Below are positions 39,034 through 50,072 of a stretch of 64,000 nt of DNA, piece by piece. The DNA lies in the NCBI GenBank assembly GCA_963666205.1, contig OY762654.1, positions 320,001-384,000 on the forward strand, written 5' to 3'. Both the position numbers and the translations under genes were made by a program. The notes below the pieces were generated by a model. That model was not told the origin of the DNA. It saw nothing but the letters and a program-made list of their open reading frames with translations, and searched no databases. The number at the start of each line of letters is the position of its first letter. The first letter of the stretch is position 1. Source of the DNA: Synergistales bacterium (lineage in GTDB: Bacteria > Synergistota > Synergistia > Synergistales > JAFGMB01).

Positions 39034-39678
39034 TTACGTTCTTACCAGACTTTCTATCATCGTAAGAACCGTATCACTGGATTCGCTGGCGTCAACTTTT
39101 TTCAACAAACTCTTCTTTTCGTAATATTCAATAAGTGGAGAAGTCTGTTCATAGTAGACGTTAAGTCGATTCCTGATTACTTCCTCACGGTCATCATCTC
39201 TCTGGTAGATTTCGCCTCCGCATCTATCACATAGAGATCCATCGGCCGAGGGGTTGAAATTAACATGGAATATTGTCCCGCAACGTCGACAGATCCTTCT
39301 ACCAGAAAGCCTCTCAATAACAACGTCATCAGGGACATCCAGGAGAATAACGGCATCAAGATTAACTTCAAGGTTAGAAAGCAGATGATCAAGAGCCTCC
39401 GCCTGACTTACCGTTCTTGGGAATCCATCCAGGAGAAAACCTTTGACACAATCTCTATCCTTCAGCCTGTCTCTGACCATGGCAATTATAAGCTCATCCG
39501 GAACGAGTTTGCCGGAGTCCATAAAAGACTTGGCCTCTTTACCCAGAGATGTCCCTTTTTTGACATTTTCTCTAAGGATATCACCTGTTGAAACGTGTGC
39601 TATAGAATATTTGTCTTTTATAACAGCGGCCTGGGTTCCTTTTCCAGCCCCAGGAGGACCTAAAAGAATAAATCTCAT
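39034..39678 (-). CDS. adk: Adenylate kinase (Zn-lid type)
   Basis: GPPGAGKGTQ, LDGFPRT, CRRC...CDRC lid. Confidence 0.99.
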   Translation of the reverse strand: MRFILLGPPGAGKGTQAAVIKDKYSIAHVSTGDILRENVKKGTSLGKEAKSFMDSGKLVPDELIIAMVRDRLKDRDCVKGFLLDGFPRTVSQAEALDHLLSNLEVNLDAVILLDVPDDVVIERLSGRRICRRCGTIFHVNFNPSADGSLCDRCGGEIYQRDDDREEVIRNRLNVYYEQTSPLIEYYEKKSLLKKVDASESSDTVLTMIESLVRT

Positions 39679-39688
39679 AAATAACTCC

Positions 39689-40981
39689 TTAAAACCTTAA
39701 GAGGCCACCGGCCTTATCTCGCTTTTTCAGTATCCCTTCATAGTGCCTCATGAGAAGTTGGCCTTCAATCTGATGGACTGTGTCTAACGCTACTCCGACA
39801 ACAATAAGAATGGCTGTCCCACCGAAATAGAAACTTGTAATACCCATCATTTTCGTCATAAGCGTTGGTATCAGTGCAATTGCTGCAAGAAAGACTGCTC
39901 CACCCAGTGTAATCCGCGACATTACCTTCTCTATAAAATCAGAAGTGGGACGACCAGGCCTGATCCCAAGGATAAATCCGCCATACTTCTTCATGTTAGT
40001 TGCAACTTCTGCAGGATTGAAAACAACCGCAGTATAGAAATAAGAAAAGAAGATAATAAGGAGTACGTAAAGGGCCGTATAAACGACGCTTCCTGGAGCG
40101 AGAAGTCTCTGCATAAACGCTGCAATGTCACCAGAGAAGAAGCGTGCTATTGTATAGGGAAAAAGCAAAACAGAAGATGCAAAAATGATTGGAATAACCC
40201 CTGCCTGGTTGACTCTCAGCGGTATAAAGGTGCTCTGTCCACCATAAACCTTATTCCCTACTACCCTTTTCGCATATTGAACAGGAAGTCTCCTCTGGCC
40301 TTCCTGTAACAGGATACAGCCAGCGACAACAACTATCATAAGAGCAATTGCCATGAAGAAAACCAGAAGGTTCATTTCTCCGAGTTTAATCATGTTCCAT
40401 GTTCTGATTACAGCTTCCGGGATTCTAGCAACTATGCCGGCGAATATCAGAAGGGATATTCCATTTCCAATACCATGGTCAGAGATCTCTTCTCCAAGCC
40501 ACATAACTGCAACAGCGCCTGTTGTAACTGTCGTAACTACCACAAGGCCATCGAAAAGAGCTCCCGAGAATATCCCCATGCTTCCAAGCCAGAAAGTCAT
40601 ACCTACTGCTTGTATCAGGGCAAAAACAATCGTACCCCACCTGGTGATCTGAACAATTTTCTTTCGCCCTTCTTCCCCTTCTTTCTGCATTCTTTCAAGG
40701 GTCGGAAATACCACTACAAGCAACTGCATTACTATGCTTGAATTGATATATGGAGCAACACCAAGGGCAAAGATGCTAAACCGTCTTAGTGCTCCACCTG
40801 CAAAGATATCAAGAAATCCTAGAACTCCTCCCTGATCGAACAGCTTGGACATAGCCTGAGTATCGATACCAGGCGTTGGGATATGCGCACCAAGCCGGAA
40901 CAGGAAAAGAACCCCTATTGTAAAGAGTATCCTTCTTTTAAGATCCGGGAGTCTGAATGCATCCCTGAAGGAATCGAGCAC
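39689..40981 (-). CDS. secY: Preprotein translocase SecY
   Basis: SIFALGVAPYI, GIGNGISLLIF, GVIPIIFA, GIRPG, GGTAILI. Confidence 0.99.
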   Translation of the reverse strand: MLDSFRDAFRLPDLKRRILFTIGVLFLFRLGAHIPTPGIDTQAMSKLFDQGGVLGFLDIFAGGALRRFSIFALGVAPYINSSIVMQLLVVVFPTLERMQKEGEEGRKKIVQITRWGTIVFALIQAVGMTFWLGSMGIFSGALFDGLVVVTTVTTGAVAVMWLGEEISDHGIGNGISLLIFAGIVARIPEAVIRTWNMIKLGEMNLLVFFMAIALMIVVVAGCILLQEGQRRLPVQYAKRVVGNKVYGGQSTFIPLRVNQAGVIPIIFASSVLLFPYTIARFFSGDIAAFMQRLLAPGSVVYTALYVLLIIFFSYFYTAVVFNPAEVATNMKKYGGFILGIRPGRPTSDFIEKVMSRITLGGAVFLAAIALIPTLMTKMMGITSFYFGGTAILIVVGVALDTVHQIEGQLLMRHYEGILKKRDKAGGLLRF

Positions 40982-41428
40982 CTAGATCACCTCAGCTTTC
41001 CCGCCTGCGGCCTCTATCTTTTTAATTGCCTGTTCGCTGAAAGCATGGGCACGGACCGTCAGAGATCCGGTAAGTTCTCCTCTCGCAAGTATCTTTACTG
41101 GTTTATCCAGTTTTCTAACAAGTCTGGACTCATAAAGTTCTTTGATAGTGACAGTATCTCCATCGTTAAATCGTGAGGACAGATGGTCCAGATTCACATG
41201 CTGGTAGGTAGTCCTGAAACGGGCATTGTTGAATCCTCGTTTGGGGATCCGCCTCATCAAAGGCATCTGCCCACCTTCAAAACCAGGGCGTACACCTCCA
41301 CCACTACGGGAATTCTGACCTTTATGTCCTCTCGCGCTTGTTTTACCAGAACCGCTTCCGATACCTTGGCCCAGTCTTTTGGAATGGCGTTTGGCACCAG
41401 GAGCTGGTCGAAGATGGCTCAGATTCAT
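40982..41428 (-). CDS. rplO: 50S ribosomal protein L15
   Basis: [26 protein letters not shown]. Confidence 0.99.
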   Translation of the reverse strand: MNLSHLRPAPGAKRHSKRLGQGIGSGSGKTSARGHKGQNSRSGGGVRPGFEGGQMPLMRRIPKRGFNNARFRTTYQHVNLDHLSSRFNDGDTVTIKELYESRLVRKLDKPVKILARGELTGSLTVRAHAFSEQAIKKIEAAGGKAEVI

Positions 41429-41440
41429 GTCAACAACCTC

Positions 41441-41626
41441 CTACCCATCAATAACTGTCCATTCAACGAGATGATGCACCTTGTTAATCATTCCACGAAT
41501 TACAGGCACATCTTCCTGAATGACAGTCTGATGAAGCTTTTTCAAACCAAGGGCCCTGATGGTCCTTTTCTGGGGTTCCGGATAACCTATCGCGCTCTTT
41601 TTCCATGTTATGCTGAGTTTAGCCAT
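41441..41626 (-). CDS. rpmD: 50S ribosomal protein L30
   Basis: KSAIG...[18 protein letters not shown]. Confidence 0.97.
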   Translation of the reverse strand: MAKLSITWKKSAIGYPEPQKRTIRALGLKKLHQTVIQEDVPVIRGMINKVHHLVEWTVIDG

Positions 41627-41641
41627 AATTTTAATGCCTCC

Positions 41642-42160
41642 TTAAGCCCTCTGGGACGGAGATCGATCTTTCCCTCTTAAAGCCATGATCTCGTCAGGAG
41701 TTCTCATATTGTCAAGTGCGTTAAGGGTGGCCCAGGCAACGTTCACAGGATTGTTAGTCCTTCCTATGACTTTAGTCAGAACATCCTTGACACCGCCAAG
41801 TTCCATTATGGCCCTGACGACTCCAGCGGCAATAACTCCCGTACCGGGGGCTGCTGGTTTAAGAAGGACCTGAGCGGAACCAAAATTGCCAATGATAGGA
41901 TGTGGAATGGTATTGCCGACCTTTTTAAGATCCATAAGGTTTTTCCCGGCTTTGTCTATTCCTTTACGAATGGCTTCGGTGATTTCCTTGGCCTTACCCA
42001 TGCCAACACCTACATGGCTTTCACCGTCTCCTACCACGACCAGAACACTGAATCTAAAACGTTTTCCGCCTTTGACGACCTTGCTGACCCTGTTTATAGC
42101 AACAACGCGCTCGGTAAGTTCAAGTCCTTTTGCGGAAATGTTTGTATTGTTCATTTTCAT
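41642..42160 (-). CDS. rpsE: 30S ribosomal protein S5
   Basis: RVSKVVKGGKRFRF, PAAPGTGVIA. Confidence 0.99.
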   Translation of the reverse strand: MKMNNTNISAKGLELTERVVAINRVSKVVKGGKRFRFSVLVVVGDGESHVGVGMGKAKEITEAIRKGIDKAGKNLMDLKKVGNTIPHPIIGNFGSAQVLLKPAAPGTGVIAAGVVRAIMELGGVKDVLTKVIGRTNNPVNVAWATLNALDNMRTPDEIMALRGKDRSPSQRA

Positions 42161-42167
42161 ATCCTCC

Positions 42168-42536
42168 TTAGAACTTCAGTCCGGCTTCACGTGCTGCTTC
42201 AGCTAAAGCTTTTACGCGCCCGTGGTACGTATGGCCACCCCTGTCGAAAACCACAGAGTTGATTCCCTTATCGAGAGCCATCCTGGCCACAAGGGTTCCT
42301 ACAGCTTTGGCTGCTTCAACGTTTGATCCTGATTTAATCCCAGCCTTGAGTTCTTTATCAAGGGTTGATGCAGCAACAAGTGTATGACCCTCGTTATCAT
42401 CTATGAGCTGGACATAGATATTACTTAAACTGCTGAAAACAGCCATTCTTGGGCAATCCAGGCTTCCCTTTAATGTTTTACGGAGCCTGCGGTGCCGGAT
42501 AATTCTCATCTCATTTCTACTTCGCTTTTTGATCAT
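42168..42536 (-). CDS. rplR: 50S ribosomal protein L18
   Basis: [25 protein letters not shown]. Confidence 0.99.
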   Translation of the reverse strand: MIKKRSRNEMRIIRHRRLRKTLKGSLDCPRMAVFSSLSNIYVQLIDDNEGHTLVAASTLDKELKAGIKSGSNVEAAKAVGTLVARMALDKGINSVVFDRGGHTYHGRVKALAEAAREAGLKF

Positions 42537-42555
42537 CCCGTATCACCTCTGTATC

Positions 42556-43092
42556 CTAGGCACCGGCTTTGCCGGCTTTGCGGATAATGTGTTCGCCAGC
42601 GTAGCGAATACCCTTACCCTTGTAGGGCTCAGGTGGTCTGAAGCCTCTGATTACAGCTGACACCTGTCCGACCTGTTGTTTATCAATTCCCTTGACTTTG
42701 ATCTTGGTAGGGCCATCAGTTTCGATCTCAATTCCTTCTGGCGGATCAAATTCAACAGGGTTGGAATATCCCAGGTTGAGAACAAGCTTGGTACCCTGTA
42801 CCTGAGCCCTGTATCCTACGCCGACGATTTCAAGCTGTCTCTCAAAGCCACTGCTGACACCAGTGACCATGTTGCTGATCAGAGCTCTCATCATACCGTG
42901 AAAAGCTCTGGTCTGCTTTTGATCGTTCTCACGCGATACAATTACCTGGGAATCTTCAACCTGTACATTAATCCCTGAAACAAGAGGAGTTGAAAGTTCA
43001 CCCTTAGGACCTTTCACTACGACCTTACCATCAATTAAAGTCAGGGTTGCGCCCTTGGAAAGTGATATTGGTTTACGTCCTATTCTTGACAT
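42556..43092 (-). CDS. rplF: 50S ribosomal protein L6
   Basis: MSRIGRKPI, RPPEPYKGKGIRY. Confidence 0.99.
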   Translation of the reverse strand: MSRIGRKPISLSKGATLTLIDGKVVVKGPKGELSTPLVSGINVQVEDSQVIVSRENDQKQTRAFHGMMRALISNMVTGVSSGFERQLEIVGVGYRAQVQGTKLVLNLGYSNPVEFDPPEGIEIETDGPTKIKVKGIDKQQVGQVSAVIRGFRPPEPYKGKGIRYAGEHIIRKAGKAGA

Positions 43093-43106
43093 AAAGACAC
43101 CTCCCG

Positions 43107-43511
43107 TTACCAGACGTAGCAGACAACTTCGCCACCGAGACCCTGTTTGCCGGCTTCTACATCAGTCTTAAGACCCTGAGATGTAGATATAACAGCAACA
43201 CCAAGACCTCCCATTACTTTGGGAAGATTGTCCTTTCCTACGTATATTCTTCTGCCTGGTTTACTTACCCTTCTCAACCCCTGTATGACTCTTTCCTTAT
43301 TTGGACCATACTTAAGAAAAAGCCTGACAACCGAGTAGGGTTTCTTAGGATCATTAATTACCTTGTAATTGCGGATATAACCCTCTTCTTTGAGGATCTT
43401 GGCGATCTCCATTTTAATATTACTCATGGGAACATCAACAGTCTCATGAAAAACCATATTTGAGTTTCTGATCCTTGTGAGCATATCCGCGATTGGATCG
43501 TTAGTATACAT
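43107..43511 (-). CDS. rpsH: 30S ribosomal protein S8
   Basis: [29 protein letters not shown]; start moved to the MYTND ATG. Confidence 0.98.
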   Translation of the reverse strand: MYTNDPIADMLTRIRNSNMVFHETVDVPMSNIKMEIAKILKEEGYIRNYKVINDPKKPYSVVRLFLKYGPNKERVIQGLRRVSKPGRRIYVGKDNLPKVMGGLGVAVISTSQGLKTDVEAGKQGLGGEVVCYVW

Positions 43512-43540
43512 TCCAATAGCCCCCTTAAACGTCCACTCTT

Positions 43541-43726
43541 CTACCAACTGGACTTAACTACACCAGGAATCTTGCCTTCTCTGGCAAGTTTCCTGAAACA
43601 GCACCTGCACATATTAAACCTGCGCATGTAGGAGTGAACTCTACCGCATAACGGACATCTGTTATGCTGTCTAACCTTGAATTTGGGGGGTTGCTTTGCC
43701 TTATATTCCATAGCTTTTCTTGCCAT
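43541..43726 (-). CDS. rpsN: 30S ribosomal protein S14 type Z
   Basis: RCPLCGR...CRCCFR, GVVKSSW. Confidence 0.98.
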   Translation of the reverse strand: MARKAMEYKAKQPPKFKVRQHNRCPLCGRVHSYMRRFNMCRCCFRKLAREGKIPGVVKSSW

Positions 43727-43740
43727 AAGAGCCCCCTCCT

Positions 43741-44283
43741 TTACTTTTTGAATGGCATTCCCATAACCTTAAAAAAGGCATGGGATTCTTCATCGGTTTT
43801 TGCAGTAGTAACAAAAGATACGTTCATACCGCGAACCATTGCGACTTTATCGTAGTTGATCTCGGGAAAGATAAGCTGTTCTTTAAGACCCAGGTTGTAA
43901 TTTCCTCTACCATCAAAGGCCTTGTCAGAAACTCCCTGAAAATCCTTGATTCGGGGAAGTACTACAGAAACAAGTCTTTCAAAGAATTCCCACATCTTGG
44001 CTCCTCTAAGGGTAACCATTGCGCCAACTGGCATTCCTTCTCTTACCTTGAAACCTGCAACAGACTTCTTGGCTCTCTTCAGTAGAGGATGTTGTCCTGA
44101 GATCTGTGTAAGTTCAGCAATTGCTGAATCTATATACTTTGAATCGATCTTTGCCTCTCCAACACCTATGTTCACGACAATTTTTACAAGTCTGGGAACC
44201 TCCATGATGTTAGAATAATTGAACTCCTTCATCAGCTGAGGTACCGCTTCATCCTTATATAACTCCTGAAAACGCGGGATCAT
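43741..44283 (-). CDS. rplE: 50S ribosomal protein L5
   Basis: [29 protein letters not shown]. Confidence 0.99.
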   Translation of the reverse strand: MIPRFQELYKDEAVPQLMKEFNYSNIMEVPRLVKIVVNIGVGEAKIDSKYIDSAIAELTQISGQHPLLKRAKKSVAGFKVREGMPVGAMVTLRGAKMWEFFERLVSVVLPRIKDFQGVSDKAFDGRGNYNLGLKEQLIFPEINYDKVAMVRGMNVSFVTTAKTDEESHAFFKVMGMPFKK

Positions 44284-44301
44284 GTTTAAAGCGCCTCCTC
44301 A

Positions 44302-44628
44302 CTATACCTGATCTACTACTTCGCCACATTTTTTGCAGAGGCGAACTTTTCGACCATCTTCAAGATAGGCTCGGCGAACCCGCGTTGCCTTACCGCAAGA
44401 GGGACATACCAACATCACCTTACAGGAGTGAATGGGACATTCCTGTTTGATAATTCCTGCCTGAGGATTCTTCTGAGAGGGTTTCACATGTTTTGTTGCA
44501 ACATTTACTCCCTCGATCACTAACATGTCACCCTTTGGCATTGATCTAAGGATCTTCCCCTCTTTTCCCTTATCCTTACCGGAGACCACTTTTACGCGAT
44601 CCCCTTTTTTGATTCTCATTTTTCCCAT
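44302..44628 (-). CDS. rplX: 50S ribosomal protein L24
   Basis: IKKGDRVKVVSGKDKGKEG. Confidence 0.98.
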   Translation of the reverse strand: MGKMRIKKGDRVKVVSGKDKGKEGKILRSMPKGDMLVIEGVNVATKHVKPSQKNPQAGIIKQECPIHSCKVMLVCPSCGKATRVRRAYLEDGRKVRLCKKCGEVVDQV

Positions 44629-44643
44629 AATATGACTGCCCCC

Positions 44644-45012
44644 TTAAACTACTTCCGGTGCAAGGGAAAGAATACGCATATAGTTCTTGGCCCTCAGTTC
44701 TCTGGCAACTGGACCAAAGATACGCGTACCCTTGGGGTCTCCATTGTTGTCAATGATAACGGCAGCATTGTCATCAAAACGAACATAGGAACCATCCTTA
44801 CGTCTGATTTCTTTCTTGGTCCTTACGATAACTGCCTTGACAACCTGCCCTTTTCCTATGTTGCTGTTAGGAATAGCTTCCCTGACAGAAGCAACAATTA
44901 CATCTCCTATGGTGCCCCAGGATCGTCTGCTTCCACCAAGAACCTGTATACACTTAACTCTCCTGGCACCAGAATTGTCTGCTACTTTGAGCACTGTGTT
45001 CAACTGAATCAT
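44644..45012 (-). CDS. rplN: 50S ribosomal protein L14
   Basis: [27 protein letters not shown]. Confidence 0.99.
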   Translation of the reverse strand: MIQLNTVLKVADNSGARRVKCIQVLGGSRRSWGTIGDVIVASVREAIPNSNIGKGQVVKAVIVRTKKEIRRKDGSYVRFDDNAAVIIDNNGDPKGTRIFGPVARELRAKNYMRILSLAPEVV

Positions 45013-45015
45013 AGT

Positions 45016-45315
45016 TTATTCCTCCCTGGGAGAAGAACGATCGGTATCAAATACAGGAGCTCTCTTGATAATCTCTATGACACTCCAGCATTTGTTCTTG
45101 CTCATTGGACGGACTTCACCTATAGAAACAGTATCACCGATACGGCAGGAGTTGTCCGCATCGTGGGCCATATATTTAGTACTTTTAATAATCCGTTTGC
45201 CATACAATGGATGTTCAGAATAGCGCGACACCTGAACTACAACACTTTGATCCATCTTGTTACTAACGACAATTCCCACTCGGGTCTTACGATGGGGTTT
45301 ACGTACCTCCATCAT
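45016..45315 (-). CDS. rpsQ: 30S ribosomal protein S17
   Basis: GIVVSNKMD, HPLYGK, AHD, RPMSK. Confidence 0.98.
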   Translation of the reverse strand: MMEVRKPHRKTRVGIVVSNKMDQSVVVQVSRYSEHPLYGKRIIKSTKYMAHDADNSCRIGDTVSIGEVRPMSKNKCWSVIEIIKRAPVFDTDRSSPREE

Positions 45316-45318
45316 GCG

Positions 45319-45531
45319 TTACCTCCTTCCAATAGGGCTCTGTCCAGCCTGTTTTTCAAGGGTCACAGTCAGAACCCTTGCAATGGTTTTTTTAACATCA
45401 TTGATTCGGCTGGTATTCTTAAGCTGCCCTATGGCATTCTGAAAACGAAGGTTAAACAACTCTTCTTTATATTGACGATGTTTTTCCTCAAGTTCTTCAA
45501 GTGTAAGATCTCTCAAGCCTTTAACATCCAT
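45319..45531 (-). CDS. rpmC: 50S ribosomal protein L29
   Basis: ELFNLRFQ..GQL.N, KKTIARVLT. Confidence 0.97.
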   Translation of the reverse strand: MDVKGLRDLTLEELEEKHRQYKEELFNLRFQNAIGQLKNTSRINDVKKTIARVLTVTLEKQAGQSPIGRR

Positions 45532-45533
45532 TC

Positions 45534-45956
45534 TTAATCACCACCAAGACCTTCACGGGCAACCAGACGGACCTTGATCGGAAGTTTGTGAGAGGCAGTC
45601 CTGAAGGCCTGCTCTACGACTTCACGAGGTACACCAGCAACCTCGAACATGATTCTTCCTCTTTTGACAGGAGCAACCCAGAATTCCGGGCTTCCTTTAC
45701 CTTTACCCATCCTTGTTTCCAACGGTTTTTTTGTGAATGGACGATCAGGGAAAATCCTGATCCAGATCTTGCCGCCCTTTTTCATTTTTCTTGATATGGC
45801 GACACGGGTTGCTTCGATCTGTCGAGCCGTTATCCAGCCACAATCCAGGGCCTGCAGCCCATATTCACCAAAAGCAACCGTTGCACCACCTTTGGTAATC
45901 CCACGAAGTGGTCTACGAAAAGGTTTGCGATACTTGACTCGTTTCGGCATTAACAT
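45534..45956 (-). CDS. rplP: 50S ribosomal protein L16
   Basis: [21 protein letters not shown]. Confidence 0.99.
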   Translation of the reverse strand: MLMPKRVKYRKPFRRPLRGITKGGATVAFGEYGLQALDCGWITARQIEATRVAISRKMKKGGKIWIRIFPDRPFTKKPLETRMGKGKGSPEFWVAPVKRGRIMFEVAGVPREVVEQAFRTASHKLPIKVRLVAREGLGGD

Positions 45957-45961
45957 GGGAG

Positions 45962-46633
45962 CTACCTCCTTGAGCCTCTACCAGATCTGCGTGGAGCAGC
46001 TTTGGTCTCATTTTCACGATCACGGAAAATCCAGACCTTGACACCTATTACTCCATAGATGGTCTTGGCTTCGGCAAATCCATAGTCGATATCCGCACGT
46101 ATTGTTGAAAGGGGAAGCCGGCCTTCGTTGTACCATTCAGTCCGAGCTATCTCTGCCCCTCCGAGTCTGCCTGAACACTGTATCTTGATACCCTTAGCTC
46201 CAGCTTTCATAGCACGGAAAATAGACTGTTTCATAGCCCTACGGAAACTAACACGTCTTTCTAGTGCTGATGCTACACCTTCAGACACAAGCTGAGCTTC
46301 AAGATCTGCATTCTTAACTTCCTGTACATTTATCATGATCTTGGAACCGGTCATTTTATTCAGTTCGTCTTTGACAATCTGAATTTCCTGGCCACCTTTT
46401 CCTATTACTACACCAGGCCGGGAGGTCCATATAGTAAAACGAATTACATTACCTACTCGTTCAATCTCGACCTTCGGGATACCGGCATTAGACCAGCGGC
46501 CTTTGATCCATTCTCTGAGTTTAAGATCTTCATGAAGATTCTTGGCATAATTTTTGCCATCAGCATACCATTTAGACTGCCACTCACTTACAACTCCAAG
46601 CCTATATCCTGTTGGGTGAACCTTCTGTCCCAC
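45962..46633 (-). CDS. rpsC: 30S ribosomal protein S3
   Basis: [29 protein letters not shown]. Confidence 0.99.
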   Translation of the reverse strand: MGQKVHPTGYRLGVVSEWQSKWYADGKNYAKNLHEDLKLREWIKGRWSNAGIPKVEIERVGNVIRFTIWTSRPGVVIGKGGQEIQIVKDELNKMTGSKIMINVQEVKNADLEAQLVSEGVASALERRVSFRRAMKQSIFRAMKAGAKGIKIQCSGRLGGAEIARTEWYNEGRLPLSTIRADIDYGFAEAKTIYGVIGVKVWIFRDRENETKAAPRRSGRGSRR

Positions 46634-46646
46634 CAGTCACCCCTCC

Positions 46647-46988
46647 TTAGCGTTCTGCAACCTTGACAGTTACATGGGTTGTACGGTGTCGGTAGGGATG
46701 GGCTCTGCCCATGGATACCGGACGCCACCGTTTCATGCTGGGTCCCTGATCCGCAGTTGCACTTACAACTTTGAGTTTATCAATGTCCAGACCGAAATTA
46801 TGCTCTGCATTGGCAACAGCACTCTGAAGGACCTTAGCAACTATTTGAGCTGATTTCTTCGGATTATATCGAAGGATCATCAGCGCTTCATCTACGTTCT
46901 TTCCTCTGATTAAGGGCAGGACCTGCCTCACCTTGAAAGGTGATATTCTGACCTGCCGGGCAAGGGCTTTAGCTTCCATTACCATCAC
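46647..46988 (-). CDS. rplV: 50S ribosomal protein L22
   Basis: RISPFKVR, SAVANAEHN, GPSMKR. Confidence 0.98.
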   Translation of the reverse strand: MMVMEAKALARQVRISPFKVRQVLPLIRGKNVDEALMILRYNPKKSAQIVAKVLQSAVANAEHNFGLDIDKLKVVSATADQGPSMKRWRPVSMGRAHPYRHRTTHVTVKVAER

Positions 46989-46991
46989 TCC

Positions 46992-47273
46992 TTACCTGAC
47001 ACGAGTGGATTTTTCCTGGCCGGCATGTCTTCCAAACTTCCGGGTAGGAGAAAATTCACCTAACTTGTGACCAACCATGTTTTCACTGATAAAGATCGGA
47101 ATGTGAACTCTACCGTTATGAACTGCAATGGTATGACCTATCATGGCGGGTACTATTGTTGAAGCGCGAGACCAGGTTTTGATAACTCTTTTCTGGCTAG
47201 CATCGTTCATGTCTTCGACCTTTCGAAGCAATTTGCGATCAACATAGGGCCCTTTTTTTGTAGAGCGAGCCAT
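46992..47273 (-). CDS. rpsS: 30S ribosomal protein S19
   Basis: [25 protein letters not shown]. Confidence 0.99.
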   Translation of the reverse strand: MARSTKKGPYVDRKLLRKVEDMNDASQKRVIKTWSRASTIVPAMIGHTIAVHNGRVHIPIFISENMVGHKLGEFSPTRKFGRHAGQEKSTRVR

Positions 47274-47292
47274 TTCTGTCCCTCCTTACGCC

Positions 47293-48120
47293 TTACTTTG
47301 TATTACGGCGTCTTACTATTAGCCGGTCAGAAGCTTTCTTCTTACGGGTACGATACCCTTTAGCCGGCGTACCCCATGGTGAAGTAGGATGTTTTTTGGA
47401 CTTGCTTCGACCTTCGCCACCACCCATAGGATGATCTACGGGGTTCATTACCATACCACGAACCATGGGCCTTCTGCCAAGCCAGCGAGTTTTTCCAGCC
47501 TTACCTACGGTGGTATTTTCATGCTCCTCGTTGCCAACCTGACCTATGGTAGCCATGCATTCATTCAGTACTAAACGTAACTCACTGCTTGGCATACGAA
47601 TATATGCATACTTGCCTTCCTTGGCCATAAGCTGGGCTGATGTACCTGCTGAACGAACAAGGACAGCTCCCCTGCCGGGTTCGAGCTCAATATTGTGTAC
47701 TACAGTACCAATAGGTATATCCTTAAGTTTTAGTGCATTTCCCGGAGTCATATCAGAACCGGGACCGGACTGGATAGTGGTACCTACGCCTACTCCGGAT
47801 GGCGCAATAATATACCGCTTCTCCCCATCCGCATAGTTCACGAGGGCTATCCTGGCTGAACGGTTGGGATCATATTCAATAGCTGCAACCACTCCAGGTA
47901 CACCAAGCTTATCTCTCTTGAAATCGATGATCCTGTACTGCTTCTTGGTTCCACCACCACGGTGACGCATGGTAATTCTACCGAGATTATTCCTACCACC
48001 TTTACGATGAATAGGTGCCAGCAATGACTTTTCTGGCTCTGTTTTGGTAATATCATCAAAGGTTTGAATGCTCATAAAGCGTCGCCCGGCAGTGAAGGGT
48101 TTGAACTTTTTAATTCCCAT
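47293..48120 (-). CDS. rplB: 50S ribosomal protein L2
   Basis: [30 protein letters not shown]. Confidence 0.99.
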   Translation of the reverse strand: MGIKKFKPFTAGRRFMSIQTFDDITKTEPEKSLLAPIHRKGGRNNLGRITMRHRGGGTKKQYRIIDFKRDKLGVPGVVAAIEYDPNRSARIALVNYADGEKRYIIAPSGVGVGTTIQSGPGSDMTPGNALKLKDIPIGTVVHNIELEPGRGAVLVRSAGTSAQLMAKEGKYAYIRMPSSELRLVLNECMATIGQVGNEEHENTTVGKAGKTRWLGRRPMVRGMVMNPVDHPMGGGEGRSKSKKHPTSPWGTPAKGYRTRKKKASDRLIVRRRNTK

Positions 48121-48141
48121 TTTTATGTCCTCCCCTCACAC

Positions 48142-48438
48142 TTAGACACTGGCACCTTCGAAGAATTCAATGCGCTCACCATCAACCAGGGTAACGATTG
48201 CTTTCTTCCAGGAACGAGACTTACCCAAGAATGCACCCATCCTTTTGGGTTTGGAACGTACTTTCAGTGTGTGAACTTTCTCGACTTTTACCTTAAACAC
48301 ATCCTGAACAGCATTTCTTATCTGGATCTTGTTAGCACTAGGATGAACTTCAAAGGTGTACTGATTATGCTCCATCTGGCGACTGCTTTTTTCGGTTATA
48401 ACTGGTCTTATGATAATGTCATGGGCTAGCAGTCTCAT
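48142..48438 (-). CDS. rplW: 50S ribosomal protein L23
   Basis: PVITEKS, ANKIQI, WKKAIVTL. Confidence 0.98.
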   Translation of the reverse strand: MRLLAHDIIIRPVITEKSSRQMEHNQYTFEVHPSANKIQIRNAVQDVFKVKVEKVHTLKVRSKPKRMGAFLGKSRSWKKAIVTLVDGERIEFFEGASV

Positions 48439-49058
48439 AGTGCATACACCTCCTCTATCTTTCTGACAGCTTCGGGTGTAAGAACAAGATTACCTGAGTG
48501 AAGAATGTCGTAAACATTGATACTGTCAATATTAAGAACTCTGGCACCTGGAATATTTCTAGCGGACTGGAGAAGATTCGAATCAGTCTCATGCGTTAAA
48601 ACCAGAGGTTTAGTGGCATTGAGTGCATTAAAGAATCCAACCATCGCTTTTGTAGAAGGTTTGTCAAGATCGAAAGATTGAACTACATTTAATCTTTGCT
48701 CCTGTACTTTAAGAGAAAGAGCACTTCTAAGTGCTAACCTTCTAACCTTTTTGTTGACTTTCTGATGATAATCCCTGGGCTTGGGTCCATGGACAACTCC
48801 ACCGCCAACCCAGATAGGAGAACGGCTACTCCCATGTCTCGCGCGTCCCGTGTGCTTCTGACGCCAAGGTTTTTTCCCTCCACCTGAAACTTCGCCTCTT
48901 GTCTTGGCGGAATGTGTTCCCTGGCGACGATTTGCGAGTTGAGCAACCACGACCTGATGCATCGCCGGGATGTGTATGGGAGCACCAAAGACTGCTTCAG
49001 AAAGCTCAAGGTCCTCAATTTCTTCGCCCAGAAAACTGACTAGTTTAATGGTAGGCAT
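48435..49058 (-). CDS. rplD: 50S ribosomal protein L4
   Basis: RQGTHSAKTRGEVSGGGKKPWRQKHTGRAR. Confidence 0.99.
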   Translation of the reverse strand: MPTIKLVSFLGEEIEDLELSEAVFGAPIHIPAMHQVVVAQLANRRQGTHSAKTRGEVSGGGKKPWRQKHTGRARHGSSRSPIWVGGGVVHGPKPRDYHQKVNKKVRRLALRSALSLKVQEQRLNVVQSFDLDKPSTKAMVGFFNALNATKPLVLTHETDSNLLQSARNIPGARVLNIDSINVYDILHSGNLVLTPEAVRKIEEVYAL

Positions 49059-49088
49059 TAGTATCCTGCCCTCCTTCTAATTCCCGGC

Positions 49089-49715
49089 TTAACCCTGCTT
49101 GGTAACCATAACCAGGGCATTTCTTGCTCCTGGAATGGCTCCCTTTATAAGCAGGAGATTGTTTCCGGGGTCAACTGCAACTACTAAAAGATTCTTTACA
49201 GTTACCCTCTCATTTCCCAAACGTCCAGGCATCGTTTTACCCTTAAACACCTTACCAGGGTAACTGCTACCTCCACTGGAACCAGGTTTCCTATGGGTTT
49301 TGGAAACACCATGTGTTGCAGGGTTTCCTCCAAAACCAAAACGTTTTATCACACCAGCAAAACCTTTACCTTTACTCCACCCGGTGATATTAACTTTTTC
49401 TCCGGTTTCAAAAAGGTCTACAGTAATGTCCTGACCAACACTAAACTCGTCAGTCTTGTCTACCCTGAACTCCCTAACCACTTTTTTGGGATCAACTTTA
49501 GCCGCAGCAAAGATACCCTTCATGGGCTTGTTCATCTTCTGGACCTTGGCATCACCAAAACCGACGGTAAGTGCGGAGTAACCATTTCTGTCTGGAGTCT
49601 TAATATCAATTATTGGACATGGTCCTGCTTCAACTACTGTTATGGGCACTGCCTGCCCTTCTTCGGTGTATATCTGAGTCATCCCCAGCTTACGACCTAG
49701 AATGCCTATGGACAT
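49089..49715 (-). CDS. rplC: 50S ribosomal protein L3
   Basis: GRKLGMTQ, KGKGFAGVIKR, HRKPGS, KGAIPG. Confidence 0.99.
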   Translation of the reverse strand: MSIGILGRKLGMTQIYTEEGQAVPITVVEAGPCPIIDIKTPDRNGYSALTVGFGDAKVQKMNKPMKGIFAAAKVDPKKVVREFRVDKTDEFSVGQDITVDLFETGEKVNITGWSKGKGFAGVIKRFGFGGNPATHGVSKTHRKPGSSGGSSYPGKVFKGKTMPGRLGNERVTVKNLLVVAVDPGNNLLLIKGAIPGARNALVMVTKQG

Positions 49716-49746
49716 TCATTTCACTCCTTTCAGCTCAGAGCTTCCC

Positions 49747-50052
49747 CTACAATTTAATCTGGATATCTACTCCAGAAGGAAGGTTCAGCTGCATAAGCGC
49801 ATCCATTGTTTTTTGTGTCGGATTGAGAATATCAATCAGGCGCTTATGAGTCCTTGTCTCAAACTGTTCTCTCGCATCCTTGTTAACATGAGGAGACTTG
49901 AGAATAGTATATTTGTTAATTTCCGTAGGAAGTGGAATAGGACCAGAAACCTGGGCTCCACTTCTCTGCGCGGTTTCAGCTATCTGTGAGGCTGAACTAT
50001 CCAGCACTCTATGATCAAAGGCCTTAAGCCTGATGCGGATCTTTTTCGCCAC
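49747..50052 (-). CDS. rpsJ: 30S ribosomal protein S10
   Basis: [32 protein letters not shown]. Confidence 0.99.
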   Translation of the reverse strand: MAKKIRIRLKAFDHRVLDSSASQIAETAQRSGAQVSGPIPLPTEINKYTILKSPHVNKDAREQFETRTHKRLIDILNPTQKTMDALMQLNLPSGVDIQIKL

Positions 50053-50072
50053 TTGTAATCCCCCCTTTGGGG

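Noticed and set aside
44632-45537. 301-aa + strand ORF antisense to rpmC-rpsQ-rplN
   Set aside because: The three genes share one frame (3-nt gaps), so a shadow antisense frame can span them; the protein has no recognisable features.
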